A DNA stretch of 64,000 bases from Octopus bimaculoides (Eukaryota), in the NCBI RefSeq assembly GCF_001194135.2, contig NC_068995.1, positions 136,296 through 200,295 of the forward strand, written 5' to 3'. Shown here piece by piece: positions 39,966-53,973 of this stretch (position 1 is the first letter of the stretch; every line of letters begins with the position of its first letter). The notes under the pieces were generated by a model. The model was not told where the DNA came from. It worked only from the letters and a program-made list of their open reading frames with translations, and ran no database searches. Both the position numbers and the translations under genes were made by a program.

Positions 39966-40664
39966 AGAAAGGTTATATGATGATGATGATAATGATGAAA
40001 AGGGAAGAAAAAGAGAAGGTAAAAAAACAGAAGATGGCAGAAGATACAATAAAGAGGGATAAAACTTTGGTTATCGATCTGTGGAGTAAATAAAGGGGAA
40101 AAGGCAGAGGTGGGAGTTTTTCTTAAGATGGCGGAGAGTGGAGCTAAGACATTTTTATGTCTCAACAACCATCGCCATTGCTATTACATTCAAGGATGTC
40201 AACCACTGTTGTTGTTGTTTTTTTGTATCTATATTGTTTGTATATTTACAGTATGATATGGAAGTGTGTGTGTATGTGTGTGTATTCATCGATATGAAAC
40301 CTCACGGGTTGGTGTTTTCTCCTCCATTTCCATTGAGGCAGGAGAATTCTCCCTTTCCATTGGCTCCAAATGGATCGACGCCAGAATTCAAATGGCAGAA
40401 ACGATTTGATGAAGCAGAGAAGAAACGGCAGCCATTAAAGTGGTGGTGATGCTGTGTCATTTGGATGAGCCTTAACTGAGTAGAGCTAGGATCAAAAATC
40501 TTCCAGTTTTGCCCATCCCTTCTTTTTATCATTCATTGTTTATCTTGGACGACATTATCTAAAGTCCTCTTCTTTTAAAGGTTTTGTTCGAGGGAAATTT
40601 GGGAAATATTAATTTTAGGGCGAGCGACCACATAGGAACATCTGGGTAGAGAGAGAGAGAGAGA

Positions 40665-40708
<44 letters not shown>

Positions 40709-41267
40709 AAAGAGAAGAGAAAGNNNNNNNNNNTAGCGGAGGAGGGGGTAGAATGACTTAACACAACAGACGACAGAAAATGTGGTGGCGGCGGCGGTGG
40801 TGGCGGTGGCGGCGGTGGCGGTGGCGGTGGCGGTGGTGGTATTATTTGAAAGAGCAGACGGCACCGAGATAGGGATGATGGTATATGGCCTGAAGGATCA
40901 GACGGTTGCAATATTTGTCCGGAAGAAGAAACTGCAAAGAATTGTTGGGAACAAACAGTAGATATCGGTGTGGGAATGTATAGTATGTGCGGATATGTGT
41001 GAATGTGTGTGTGTGGGGGGGGGGGGGGGTGTATAAGTCTATGAGAATTGGAGAGATTGCAGCCATAGTTGATATTATGACGGAGGGGGAGAGAAGTCGG
41101 AGACAGAAAGGAAGTATGTAACTATGAAAAAAAGAGTTGCTGAGAGGGAGGGGAGGGGAGAGAGAGAGAGAGAGAGAGAGAGGCGGAAACAGAGAGATAG
41201 AGAGAAAGAGAGAGGGAGAGAAAGAAAGAGGAATAAAGAGAACTACCGAGAAAGAAAAGAGAAACAG

Positions 41268-41306
<39 letters not shown>

Positions 41307-41656
41307 AAAGGAAAGAGATTAGGAGAGCCGCTGAGAGAGAGAGAGAGGGGGGGAGGGAGAGAGAGAGATAACCAAATAGATAGAGAGAAATAAAGCGAGA
41401 CATATGTAACTAAATAGAGATAAAGAGAGAAGAACTCTATAGCTGTGACTTCATTGAGATACACACACTCACATATATACGTTTATATCTAAGTATATAT
41501 ATATATATATATATATATTTCTATCTCTTTCTCTCTATCTATCTATATCTATATATACATGTGTGCATATATGCGGGAATAAGCAACGTGGAATGAGGTG
41601 TTTAAAGAGCAGTTACGTAAGGACCCAGGCGCGCGCGCACNNNNNNNNNNNNNNNN

Positions 41657-41707
<51 letters not shown>

Positions 41708-42627
41708 ATGTATATAAACTGAATTCAAATTTTCTGCTCTGAAGTTGAAAAAAAAATCAATTAAATTCTCTTGGTGGTCTTTGAAGGGATTCTCTTGTAA
41801 ACACATCATATATGTTTGTGTGATGGGACACACAGACACATACACAGACTAATACAAACACACTAATACGAATGGATAAATATATACATATATACACACA
41901 CATATATGTATAGAGTAAAATCTATAGCACTTGTATAAGAATTAATATATTTGTTTAAGGCCGTTCATTGATGATTCACTCCGTCGTTACTCAGAGTTTT
42001 CTTCTTTGCCACGTGAGGACCTTTGGCATGGAACTAACTCTGAGACTAATTGTGGTGGAGAGAATCATCAGTGTTGTTGGCTATATACATACATATATAT
42101 ATGTATGTATATCTGTATCTATTCTTCTGTGTCTCTCACCACGCACACATTGATATCTATACACACACATGCACACATATACATGCACGTGTGTGTAAAG
42201 TACCCGCCATAGCAATTACGACTATTCATGTTGCTTTCCACGAGAAATACCCACGAAAAGCGACACCACTGGTCCTGTTCGAGTCGCTTAGAAAACGGAT
42301 TTTGTTTCTTGTTGTTGAACGCAAAAAGCCAAGATGGCAGCGTGTCATGTGACGCACGATTTCACGACTGCTTTGTTTGTTACTCTAAAAATGAGATGAC
42401 ATAAATACGTTTAATTTTGTCTTTTACTTCAGGAGTAGCTTTGGGGTTATTTATCTAATGATATTGCTCAATGAAATATAAATTGGACTGTCTGCAAGCC
42501 TTATAGAATGGACATGCATCTTTCCAAAATGCATCCAGATGTGTCGCGAAAGAAATGTTTTATCTTCTTTGTTATGGCACTTGAAGAGCAATCTCTTTCT
42601 AATTCTGTCACAAAGAAAATAATATAT

Positions 42628-42669
<42 letters not shown>

Positions 42670-43970
42670 ACATATAGCAGAATCTATGCGTTTACTGACT
42701 TGTAGATTACAAGGCATTTATAGATGCTTGTATATGAGTATGCATCGCTGCGCACCCTGTGTGTGTGTGCGTGATGGATACACAGTTTATACGTTTTTAC
42801 TACCTGCTGCGTGTGCATTATATTTATGGTGTATATATGAAATATGTGTGTGTGTGTCAAGCGTGTATTAGAGGTATTGGTGTTGACGGTGGTGATGGTG
42901 GTAACTGTAAGGTACTACGTAATCAAATCTAATCATAGTATGTAACTGGTACACTCCACCTTATATTTTTATCGATCCACTGACAACGAAATTGCACAGC
43001 GGCTCCCTGATGAATTTGACCTTGTCTATACGCACATACATAAATGTCTACAGTCATACACGCTTGCATACACACACACACAAACACACACCGAGAAAGA
43101 GAGGGAGGAGAACCGAGGTCGAATACCATCAATCGATTATAATCTCTCAATTGAAGAATTTCACCTTGTGCCTGGTTCCCCACTCCAACCCTTTATAAAA
43201 AAATTTAAGCTTTCAGTCACGAGCAATATATTATCATCAGGGAATTTGTTGCTCGGCGAAGGTTGAAATGGAGTTAAAGACGGCGACAGCAATAACAACA
43301 ATGACGGCCATCACAGCTGCAGCACACCACCCTTACCACAGCTGCAGCACACCACCCTTACCACAGCAATAACTGCAACACGTATCACCCTCCACAACAA
43401 CAGTCACAATGGTAACTCAGTTGGTGATCAATCTCGTAGAAATAGCAGTCAAAACTTCCTCATATAACACACCACTGCTTTGAAAAAAGAAGACACTGTA
43501 GAGGGAGCCCATCCCCCAAAGTTACAAGGTCTGCTAGAAATAGCAGCCAAACCTGTCTCAAAGACCACTGCAACATTTTAAATAAAGAATGCATCGGGTT
43601 ATGATATACATACACAAAAGACAAAAACAAAAAGCTAACGGGACGGGCAAGGAAGGAACACCTTTGAGTAAAAAACAACAATAATAAGCTGGTGATGCAC
43701 GTCCACCGCGTTAAGCCACCTCTGCCCCTCATTTCCTTTCCTATAACAGCTCCACCCCTTCATCCTTCTCCAATGTATAGATTACTGAAGGCCTTCAACA
43801 TGACAAAATGGCGGCGGTCCGAATAAAGGATTCATTTGTTGTAGTTGTTGATATAAACTAAACACGTTTAATCCAATATCAACTTAGTAAACATATCTTT
43901 GGTCACACTGACCTGGCACCTGTGACACACACAGATGCACACATGCACACACACACATGCAAACGCATGT

Positions 43971-44027
<57 letters not shown>

Positions 44028-44930
44028 TACACACACGCGCGCGCTCCGTCGCAGCGTCAATGAGAAGGTGTTTCCTTCATTTACTTTACTCTTACAAATT
44101 TGAACCAAAAACTCCCCAAAATTCATTAGTTATAGGAATATTTGTTGTAGACATTTGGTGAAAATATCTCGTTAGCATTCATTTAAGACCAACCCATAAA
44201 GTGCATATTTGCCGCCATCCCCAGAATGCATGCATGCATGTATGTATGTATGTGTGTCTATCTATCTATATCTATCTATCTATCTANNNNNNNNNNATAT
44301 ATATAAACTGACAGAAAATAATGAATTCAGAGAAAATAATATCAAACTTTTAGCATGTGTGCTTCACTTTCTGTGCTGAAATATATACGCAAAACAGTAT
44401 ACAAGCCCGAATCAAAATGCGAGTCATACTAAGTCAGATTACTTGCTAGAAATAGCAGCTACATCTTTCTCCGATGATACACAAGTAAAAGGAATATATG
44501 TGCGTTTGTGTGTATGTATATGTATATATTTATGTATATGTATATATAAAAAATGTATATATGTTTATGTGTATGTGCATGTATATAAATGCGTGTGTAT
44601 GTATATGTGTTTGTATACGTTTGTGTTTTTTGTATGTATATAATGTTTATATGTACACGTCACATATTTGAGTGTGTATACGCGTGTGTGCATGTGAATA
44701 TAAATACGTTACATTTTATAGGACATTCTATTTCTGTTAACATGTCTGTTTGATGAGTCTGTTATTTATATCCTTCCTCATGAGATTGATGTACTGCTGA
44801 CCATAATTTATCCCGTCCGACATTTTTGGTGTGCATCCGTCGAAACATATGTAGATGAATTCAAGATATAAATGGTTTAACAACATCAGCAGCGATCGTC
44901 TCCCTATTCAGTTTTCCTATATACATGTGT

Positions 44931-44967
<37 letters not shown>

Positions 44968-44977
44968 NNNNNNNNNN

Positions 44978-45020
<43 letters not shown>

Positions 45021-45612
45021 AAAGATGGAGAGAGAAATGGATAGATAAGTAGATAGGTCGAGATTTTAAAAAGGAGTGTGTATGTGTATGCTTCTGTGTG
45101 TATGTGTGAGCGTTTGATTTACACATTTCGTTCCTTCGTCTCCACACCCACCAACAAATATTACTGTTATGATGACCTTAACATTTAAATTTAAATTTAG
45201 TGACAATTACTTCATACTTTCCTAAGCAAATCTCTCAGACATTCTCCTCGTCCATCTCTACACACAGACATTCGTTGAGCACAAATTCCAAGGGAGAAAC
45301 GTCTTATTGACGGCCAATGAAGGCAGCAGAAGAAGAAGGTGAAGAAGACGACGAAGAGAAAAAAGAATTTTTGATCTAATTAATAAATTCTTCACTCATA
45401 CACGCGCCTGGGAATGTGTGATGCGTGTATGTGTGTATATGTGTGTATGTATGTATGTGTGTGTGTGTGCATTGTGTGCATATCTGATAAGTGCCATGCG
45501 CGAAACTCTCAGCTCTTGGGCTACTTTTGTAATTTTCTGCTGATTAAAAATAACATGGACACACACACACATACATACATATGCATGGATATACATATAT
45601 ATAACATTGTAT

Positions 45613-45651
<39 letters not shown>

Positions 45652-46041
45652 CATATGTAATTTGTCGTCTTTTCTCCTTGAAACTGCTGCTGATAACTAC
45701 AAAAATGAAAACTTTAAATATTTTCTTTTGGAAGGACTTTTCGGGAATTTGACGAATTTTATAACAAAAGAATCTTGTATTTTTATATATACTCTTTGTC
45801 TTTTAATTCCGTTTCTTTTTGTTGAATTTCTTTTTTTTTCGAAAATTGTCTTTTATCATTTCTTTATAGAAAGAACAAAAAATAATTTAAACAACTTTTT
45901 TCTGCATGTTGTTTATTTTATATTTGTTAGTGTTTCAGTGTGTATTTTTTTGTTTGTTTTTTACTTTTCTTTTAAAAATATCTCTTCTCTGGTCCGCTTT
46001 GCGATTCACCTTTAAATGCATACCCATAAAACACACACACA

Positions 46042-46075
<34 letters not shown>

Positions 46076-46551
46076 TTATATATGTGTTTTATGCAGACAA
46101 ATATGGACGGCAATGAACAAATCCTTAGGAAAACAAGGGGCATTACTATGATGTAACCAACTGATCTAACAAAGGAACTCTTCAGTGTGTTCTGCTTGCT
46201 TAGTTGAGTAAGGCTATTTGTTGTGCAAATCAACTTTATAAGACGTAAATTGCTAATGCTGTTGTTGATGTTGTTATTGCATTTCGTCGCTGTTGGTTTT
46301 CCTGTCTGGGGGATAAGAAATCTTCAAAGAATCTCTCTCCTTTCGCCGCTCCTACTTCGTACGTTTGTATATACATGCGTCCCGGCACGTGAGAATGCAT
46401 GTATGTATATTCGTATTCATGTGTACATGTATATATGTATATATATTATTTCTATAACATACGATATATATATATATATATATATATACATACACGTATA
46501 AATATATATAGATATATGTGTCTATCTATCTATCTGTGTGTGTGTGTGTGT

Positions 46552-46608
<57 letters not shown>

Positions 46609-47138
46609 GCATACATCGATAAATATATTCCATGATCTATAATATCCTTGTTGGTTGAGTGGAAAGTCGTTATTGCCATGAGCTCCATTCTGCCCAGGCT
46701 TAGGACATGCAAAGCGGAAATTTGCCGCGATTTCTCCATACCTAGAATTTGCCGATGGTTCGTGCCTCATACACTGCTTTTAGTAGTTTTAGGTTTAAAT
46801 CCAGTTTCATCAATGCTTCGGCCGGTTCCTTTCCCTTCACCACTGATTTGAGAAGCGATGTTAGGTCTGCTTCTCTTAGGAACTTTAATTTCTTCAGTTT
46901 TACACCTCCGTGAATATCCTCGTTGAATGAGTTCACAGCTGGTTGCATTGTTCTACTCGCCTGCAATCACTTCGACACTTGACGTGTGGTACACCTGTGC
47001 ACCAGTCCAGGTAACGTCGATTTGATGGGGCGGGGTGAGCTGATGTACAGCACAACACACATTTGATCACTATAAACAAATCATTTGTACAGGTTGCTCG
47101 GCAAAAGCTGATCACGCATACGTTGTCTTCGACGGGAG

Positions 47139-47176
<38 letters not shown>

Positions 47177-47365
47177 ATGTGAAAACATTAATTAACAATT
47201 CAATAAATATACTAAAATATAAACAAGATTGAACTTACGAAAAGAATAAACCCTCAACTCCGCTTGGTAACAATGCTCTGGCATTGTCTGGTGCCTGAGA
47301 CCACACACACACACACACACACGCTTCCAATGAAGCATAGCCAACAAGTTTTAGATGTGACTTAC

Positions 47366-47617
47366 GTAGTTGTCTGCGTCTTCATTAATATTCGTCTTCT
47401 TGGTCGACATAATGGTGGATGGTTTGAAGGTTTCGAAGGCAATTTCTTCCAATTTGCGTCGCGCAATTTCTTCACTTTTATTCCAGTTTCTTAACAAGCG
47501 ACGGAAGCGACGTCTAGCGAGAAATCCGCGAACGGCGGCTTGTAGCATGACGACACCGCGCTCTAACTCCATTTTCCTCATGTTCAGTTGGTCCAAATGA
47601 TGATATTTTAGAAAAAT
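47366..47617 (-). CDS. Myosin motor C-terminal end plus IQ motif exon (class III-like)
   Basis: cccttttccAG|ATT...TAC|gtaag, 252 nt, phase 0 to 0. IFLKYHHLDQLNMRKMELERGVVMLQAAVRGFLARRRFRRLL resembles the myosin III VFLKYYHVEQL segment plus an IQxxxRGxxxR motif. Confidence 0.9.
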
Positions 47618-47684
47618 CTGGAAAAGGGAGGAATTATATATATATATGTATATATAAATATATGCATGTATATATGTATGTATG

Positions 47685-47743
<59 letters not shown>

Positions 47744-49269
47744 GTTCAAGCCACCATTGTCAAACTCCTGATAAAAAGCGTCATTACCAACATCAACAAA
47801 TGCAAGACTAACACAAACACACACATTATACATACATACATACATACAAAGAAGGTAAAAAGAGAGAAAATAGAAATAGGCAATGCGGGCAAGTTTAATA
47901 AAACCCTTATATTTCAGCTGCAAGGGTTCATCTTCAAAAGAAAAGAACAACCTAAGAAAAGTCCCGTTATGTCGGTTCTCGTTCAAATTGCCTCGCGTTT
48001 ATGTAACGGCTGCAGTCGCTCCCCAAACGTAAGTGTAATGGTCGTTCCACACATTGATGTAAACAAGCACCCACTTATATCGGCTACTCAGCGTCTGTGG
48101 TGTGAAGGCGTTGTATTGGCAGCAGCATCAGTAGTGGTGGTCACCCTTAAGTGTTGCCGGCTGTCCGAGTGTTGGTTTGAACATATCTCAGCTGCTGTTG
48201 TAGACCGTTCACCACCTGTTGGATGCTGTCATAGGTGCCGCCGGCTCAACTCCGATCGACTGTTAATTTTCGGGTTGAAGCGGTGGATCAGCAGAGTCTC
48301 TTCTTACTTTCCTCGGTACGACAATGTTTCAAGCGAACTACAAAGCTCTTATACATACATACATACACACACAAACACGCACACATATATGGGTGTGGGG
48401 GATGGCGGTGTGTAGGTGTGTGTGTGAATTACACACACACACATAATAAACTAACAGTGATTTTTAAAAAAATATTATCCCATGGCCATAAAATGTGAAC
48501 AGCAAGTCGGGTATAGGTGGATGGACTAAAAAGGTAAGAGGGTTCCTTCAGACCCAAGGCAGTGACCGAACCATTCTTGGAGGCCACGTAACAGTATTAA
48601 ATCGACCGTTGAATTAATTCTACATTCAAAAGGAGAGAACAAAAAGAAAAGGAAAAGGAGTAAGACAATCCGCACCCTGCAATGGACTTTTAAGTTGTTT
48701 TGGGGTCTAAAAAATTCTCTCACACGACTCTGTTCACTCAGAGGTGAAGGTGCAGGAAACTTTCTCAAAGAGTCACTTGGTAGGGTTAACTGAAACTCGA
48801 ATCACGAGATGGCAAGTGGACTTCTTCACAACACAACTATGGCTGTGTCTTGTTTGTTGATATAAGATACAACCTGTATGGGACTTCCTTTCGTAAGAGT
48901 TCTCAGAATAAGTAAAACAAAATGATTTAACAATAACGAAGTCAATCGGGCCTTTCCTTCATTGAAGTGGTCTATCTACACAAATATATACTTATTGATT
49001 CAGGAAGAGAAAAGGTTAATCAAGTATTTAAGGAAGGGTGGAATGGAAGGCGGACAAAAAAAATCCCCAAAGAATGCTGGCAATTGTATTCTTTTTTGAG
49101 TTTGTTTTACGAAATAAAACGGAATAAAATAACATAAATATACATATATTATCGTTTATAAAAGCATACATCACGTGTTCAAGCTCACGTTTGAAGTTAT
49201 TGCAATGTGTGCATGTGGGGGGGGGGGTCAATCAATTATTATTATTATTATTATTATTATTAACATTAT

Positions 49270-49570
49270 TCCGCCGAGGTCGATTTGCCTTTCATCCTTT
49301 CGGGGTCGATTAAGTAAGTACCAGTTACACACTGGATCGATGTAATCGACTTAATCCCCTCCCCCACGCTACTCTTGTGACAAAAAATTTCAAATCATTA
49401 TTATTATTAAGTCGGCGAGTTGGCAGACTAAATACTTAGCGATATTTCGCCCGTCGCTATGTTCTGAGTTCAAATTCCACCGAGGTCGACTTTACCTTTC
49501 ATCCTTTTAGGGTCGATAAATTAAGTACCAGTTGAGTACTGGAGCCGATATAATCGACTTAAACCCCAGA
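49270..49570 (+). mobile_element. Two tandem plus-strand SINE family B copies (partial, then near full length)
   Basis: ccgccgaggtcgatttgcctttcatcctttcggggtcgat at 49271, and ggcgagttggcag...gttctgagttcaaattccaccgaggtcgac at 49411-49570. Confidence 0.78.
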
Positions 49571-49685
49571 TTTCAGTGTTCTTAGGGCAGCTAGGATCGT
49601 TCTAAGGTTACTTGTAGCCTGATGTTAGAGTTTTTTTTCTAACTGTCTAATCTGTTGCGAGTATATGAAAATAATAATAATAATC

Positions 49686-49850
49686 CATTCTATTATAGGC
49701 ACAAGGTCTGAATTTTTTTTTTTTGGTGGGGGGGGGGGGGATTAAAGGCAAAGTCAACCTCGGCGGATTTTGAACTCAGAACGGAGCGACAAGCGAGTTA
49801 CCGTTAAGCATTTTGTCCGGCGCGCTAACGATTCTGCCAGCTCGCCGCCT
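49686..49850 (-). mobile_element. SINE family B copy, internally deleted, inverted relative to 49411-49570
   Basis: tattataggcacaaggtctg...aaaggcaaagtcaacctcggcggattttgaactcagaac...ctgccagctcgccgcc. Confidence 0.75.
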
Positions 49851-51506
49851 TAATAGTAATAATAATAATTATTATTATTATTATAACAATAATTTTACTG
49901 TTATACACGATTCTTGCCTACTACTAGTCTTGGCAGCTGTTTTTTGTAACTAGTAGCTGACCGGAAGCATTTCACTCGTGTGAACTGACGAGTGGTGGTT
50001 CTTTAAATAATTCTGTAGAACACAAAGCGAAAAGCTTTGGTGAAACTGGTTGCCAAGAGGTTGACTAAAACACTAAAATTTGACCAATTGTCAATAACTC
50101 CTTCTATAAAACCTTTCGCTTCATGAGATCCGTCTTTGATAGGATTAGCGCCAGGCCTGGGTTCGGTGAAGCTCTGATCAATTTAGATCAATCAAGGTCG
50201 ATCATTTTTGCTAGGTTGTTGGTCCTAATCATAACCTCTTTAGATCCCGTCTTCCCCCCACCCCCATCGTTACAATGCGCAACAATGTTTTTTTGGTGGT
50301 CAAATTACGCGGCCAGTTCTCGGAACGGTTCCTCAAAGTGCTCTCATCTCACCAACTTTCTTGTCATTTTCGTTTCTTTTGTGTTTTGGTGCTGAAACCA
50401 TTCCCATGAAGACTGGAAACATTGAGAAGCAACCGTTCGAACGTGGAAACAAGAGAGTCGTGTCTACATACCCGACACTCTTATAGTGTCGGTCACACTG
50501 GAAAGCAAAGTGGGGCGAACAGTTCTGGACACACTTCAGGAGAATTGAAGCCGTTTTTTGAAGATTAGGGAAAATAAAAGGAAAAAAGAAAAATGACCAC
50601 AGGATGTTGCTTCAGCATTTTCACCTTTGACCGATATTCAGATTTACTGTTTCCGGCTGTAGAATTAGAAACCTCGGTATTGTGGTTTGGAGCTATCTAT
50701 AACGGATTACTTGTGCAACTATGTATCGCTAACAACAAGAGCAGCAACAACAACGCCATGATAACCATCGTAGTCGTCATTATCATCGTCATCATTAAGC
50801 TAAACAAAAACAACAACAACAACAACAGCTCTAGTTAATACAAACAAGCTCCTGTCTGAAGACTTTCTAATACAAATAACGGGACATTTTTTTTCTCTTG
50901 AATTTCAATACTTTTTATTGAAATTTTATTCTAACACATACATGTACACACACACAAATGCACACATACACAAGCATACGTAGTCACACACACACACACA
51001 CACACACAATCCATATGAATAAAATGAAAACCAGTTTATTACCCCCCCCCCACCTCCTCTCTTCTCTCCTTAGTTCTTTCTGTCTTTATCTCCTCTGCTC
51101 GCTCTTTGTGTCATTACTCTATCGCCGCTTCTCTTTATGCTCGCCTTTCTCTCTCCCTCCCTCCCTCTCTCTCTCTCTGTTACTTTCTTTTAAATTCACC
51201 AAAGAAATGTAGAACCAGACGGGAACTGGCCAACAAGAGCTGATAATCAAAGAAAGTATTTGACGATCAGCAGGGTGAATGGTCTGCTACTGCAAATGGT
51301 AGACAAATGTGGCACGGAGTACATTCGCTCGCTATTCATCATAGTCTTATAACCTCCTCCTCCTCCTTTTCTTCACTCCCCTCTTCTTCTCTCACTCTCT
51401 CTTGCTCTTCGCGTACTTTCGTCAATCGATCACATGACAGCCCATAGTTCACACAGCAACACATACGTGCATAGACATACGCACACAAAAATATAATAGC
51501 TACAAA

Positions 51507-51537
<31 letters not shown>

Positions 51538-51778
51538 TTGTGTGGATGTAGGTAGCGGGGAGAGGCTTAGATTCGACTTATTACAAACGATTTACCAAAC
51601 TAACGTAACTGACTGACTTCATCAGCAGAACGGTTGGTGGTGTGTTGTGTGTGTGTGTGATGGGGGATACCTGCAATACCACAAGTCTGGTGAAATCGCC
51701 TGAACCCAGTGCTATTACCTAAGTCTCACCCATTGACAAATAACACCACATATAATATATGATATATCTATATCTATA

Positions 51779-51824
<46 letters not shown>

Positions 51825-51938
51825 NNNNNNNNNNNNNNNNNNNNNNNNNNNNNNNNNNNNNNNNNNNNNNNNNNNNNNNNNNNNNNNNNNNNNNNNNNNN
51901 NNNNNNNNNNNNNNNNNNNNNNNNNNNNNNNNNNNNNC

Positions 51939-51981
<43 letters not shown>

Positions 51982-52292
51982 GATATATACAGATATATTT
52001 TTTATTTTATTTATTTTTTTATTTTAATTTATCTAGTTTCAGCTCACGACCTGTGGCCATGCTGGGGCACCACCATTTGGTGTTGCTACATAATATTACT
52101 TCACGAATGGTTTTTAAGAATTGACATTTGGTGCATGAGAGCGTTTGATGCAGCTGCACTCATCTGCACCTCCTGCCGCGAAGTTGGTTTATCGGGGACA
52201 CTTGACAAGAAAAGGTCTAACGTTACTTTGAAGACGCCTACATCCACCCCAGGCAGGTCTCAGGTCCTTCAGGAGGATATTGAAGAGCTGTG

Positions 52293-52347
<55 letters not shown>

Positions 52348-52354
52348 AATGCAT

Positions 52355-52793
52355 ATGGAATAACAAAATAAACAAAAATAAGTGCATACGTGGTTGAGTT
52401 GTTAAGAAGTTTTCTTCTCAACCACGCAATTCCGGGTACGATCCTGTTTCACAACAAGTTTGTCAAGTCTTTTAAGATATGACTTCAATATATATTTATA
52501 TACATACATGCAAGGACTCGCATATATGTATATGGATACATTTGATACACTGACAAATACACACACACTCACACACATGCATCTGCACTCCCAACAACTT
52601 CCGACTGACTTATGCAATTTTACGTCATTAAAATTGTATTCAGAAATCATTTTTTTACATTGAAGTCATATCTTAAAAGACTTGACAAACTTGTTGTGAA
52701 ACAGGATCGTACCTGGAACTGCGTGGTTGAGAAGGAAACTTCTTAACAACTCAACCACGCATGCACTTATTTTTGTTTATTTTATTATTCCAT
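52355..52793. repeat. Long intronic inverted repeat (135-bp arms, 169-bp spacer)
   Basis: 52355-52489 is the reverse complement of 52659-52793 with 5 mismatches, all transitions. Confidence 0.93.
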
Positions 52794-53165
52794 CTCGCTT
52801 TGAAGTTTTTCGTTAGAATTCCTTAATTACGTCACAGACCTTGGTAATGAATTCCATTGCTCTTTAAGAATGTCTTCATATTTTGTATGCGTCCGCATAT
52901 ATATACATACATGTATACACACACACACATATATATATATATATTTACATACAAAACACACATATATATATACATACACATGCATATATATAATATATGT
53001 ATGTACGTGCATAAATATATATATGCGCGCACGCGTCTATGCGTGCATGTGCATATATATATGTATACATATCTATCTATCTATATATGAGTGTGTGTGT
53101 GTGTCTGCGTGTACTTATGCATACGTATGTGTGTATGTGTGTATAGATGTGTGTGTGTGTGTGTT

Positions 53166-53555
53166 TAGGCACAACCGTGGCAACGTAATTAAGAGGTTCT
53201 CGTAACATCGTGTTTTCGGTTTAGTCCCGGGGGCCGCACCTTGCTCAAATGTCTTCTACTATCGGCTCGGACCGATAGATCCCTTCTGGGTGAATTTGAT
53301 AAATAGAAACTGTGTGGAAACCTGCCGAATACACATACGTTTATGTGAGTGTGTCTCTCGTCTGTGTTTGTCACCACACGGCTTGATGACCAGTTTTGGT
53401 TTGCGTACGTCCATTTAGCCCAGGGGCTCAGCAAAAGTAACATGTAGGAGAGAATGCCACGCTTATAATAAGAACTGCGGTTAATCGGTTCGACTAACTC
53501 TATATGGCAGTGCTCCAGCATGGTCGCAGTCCCGTGATTGAATCGAGTGAAAGAA
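53166..53555 (+). mobile_element. Diverged SINE family A copy, plus strand
   Basis: caccttgctcaaatgtcttctactat...ctccagcatggtcgcagtc matches family A in the opposite orientation. Confidence 0.65.
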
Positions 53556-53861
53556 CACACACACATACACACACTTATAAATAGACATGCGTACGTACAT
53601 ATTGTATATTAATATGTATATGTGAGTATCTGTTTCTATGTAACTCAGAGTAACGAATTGTGTCTCTCTAGGTTAAAAATGCAACAAAGTGATTTGATAA
53701 GTAAAGATCGATGAAATAATAAGTTGTTAAGTGGAACTGATCTACCGACTAACACTCCCTGAAAACAGTGCCCCAGTATGGCCGTAGTACAACGAGTGAA
53801 ACAACTGGAAGAATAAAACAATACAGAAATAATAGAATAAGAATGAAACAGATGTTATTAC

Positions 53862-53973
53862 CTTCGTTTCTCCTATAGAATACTCTTCAAGCTTGACATC
53901 TTTGGCAATTTTGGCACAGTTTGGTGCCGTCGCTTCAACTTTGGCCAGCGAAGGGAACGTTAATATCTTGTAT
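53862..53973 (-). CDS. Myosin motor converter-region exon
   Basis: Not in the ORF track. tgtttatctttcAG|A...AAG|gtaat, 112 nt, phase 2 to 0. Encodes (R)YKILTFPSLAKVEATAPNCAKIAKDVKLEEYSIGETK; joined to the next exon it gives the myosin G(K/E)TK-IFLK motif. Confidence 0.88.
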
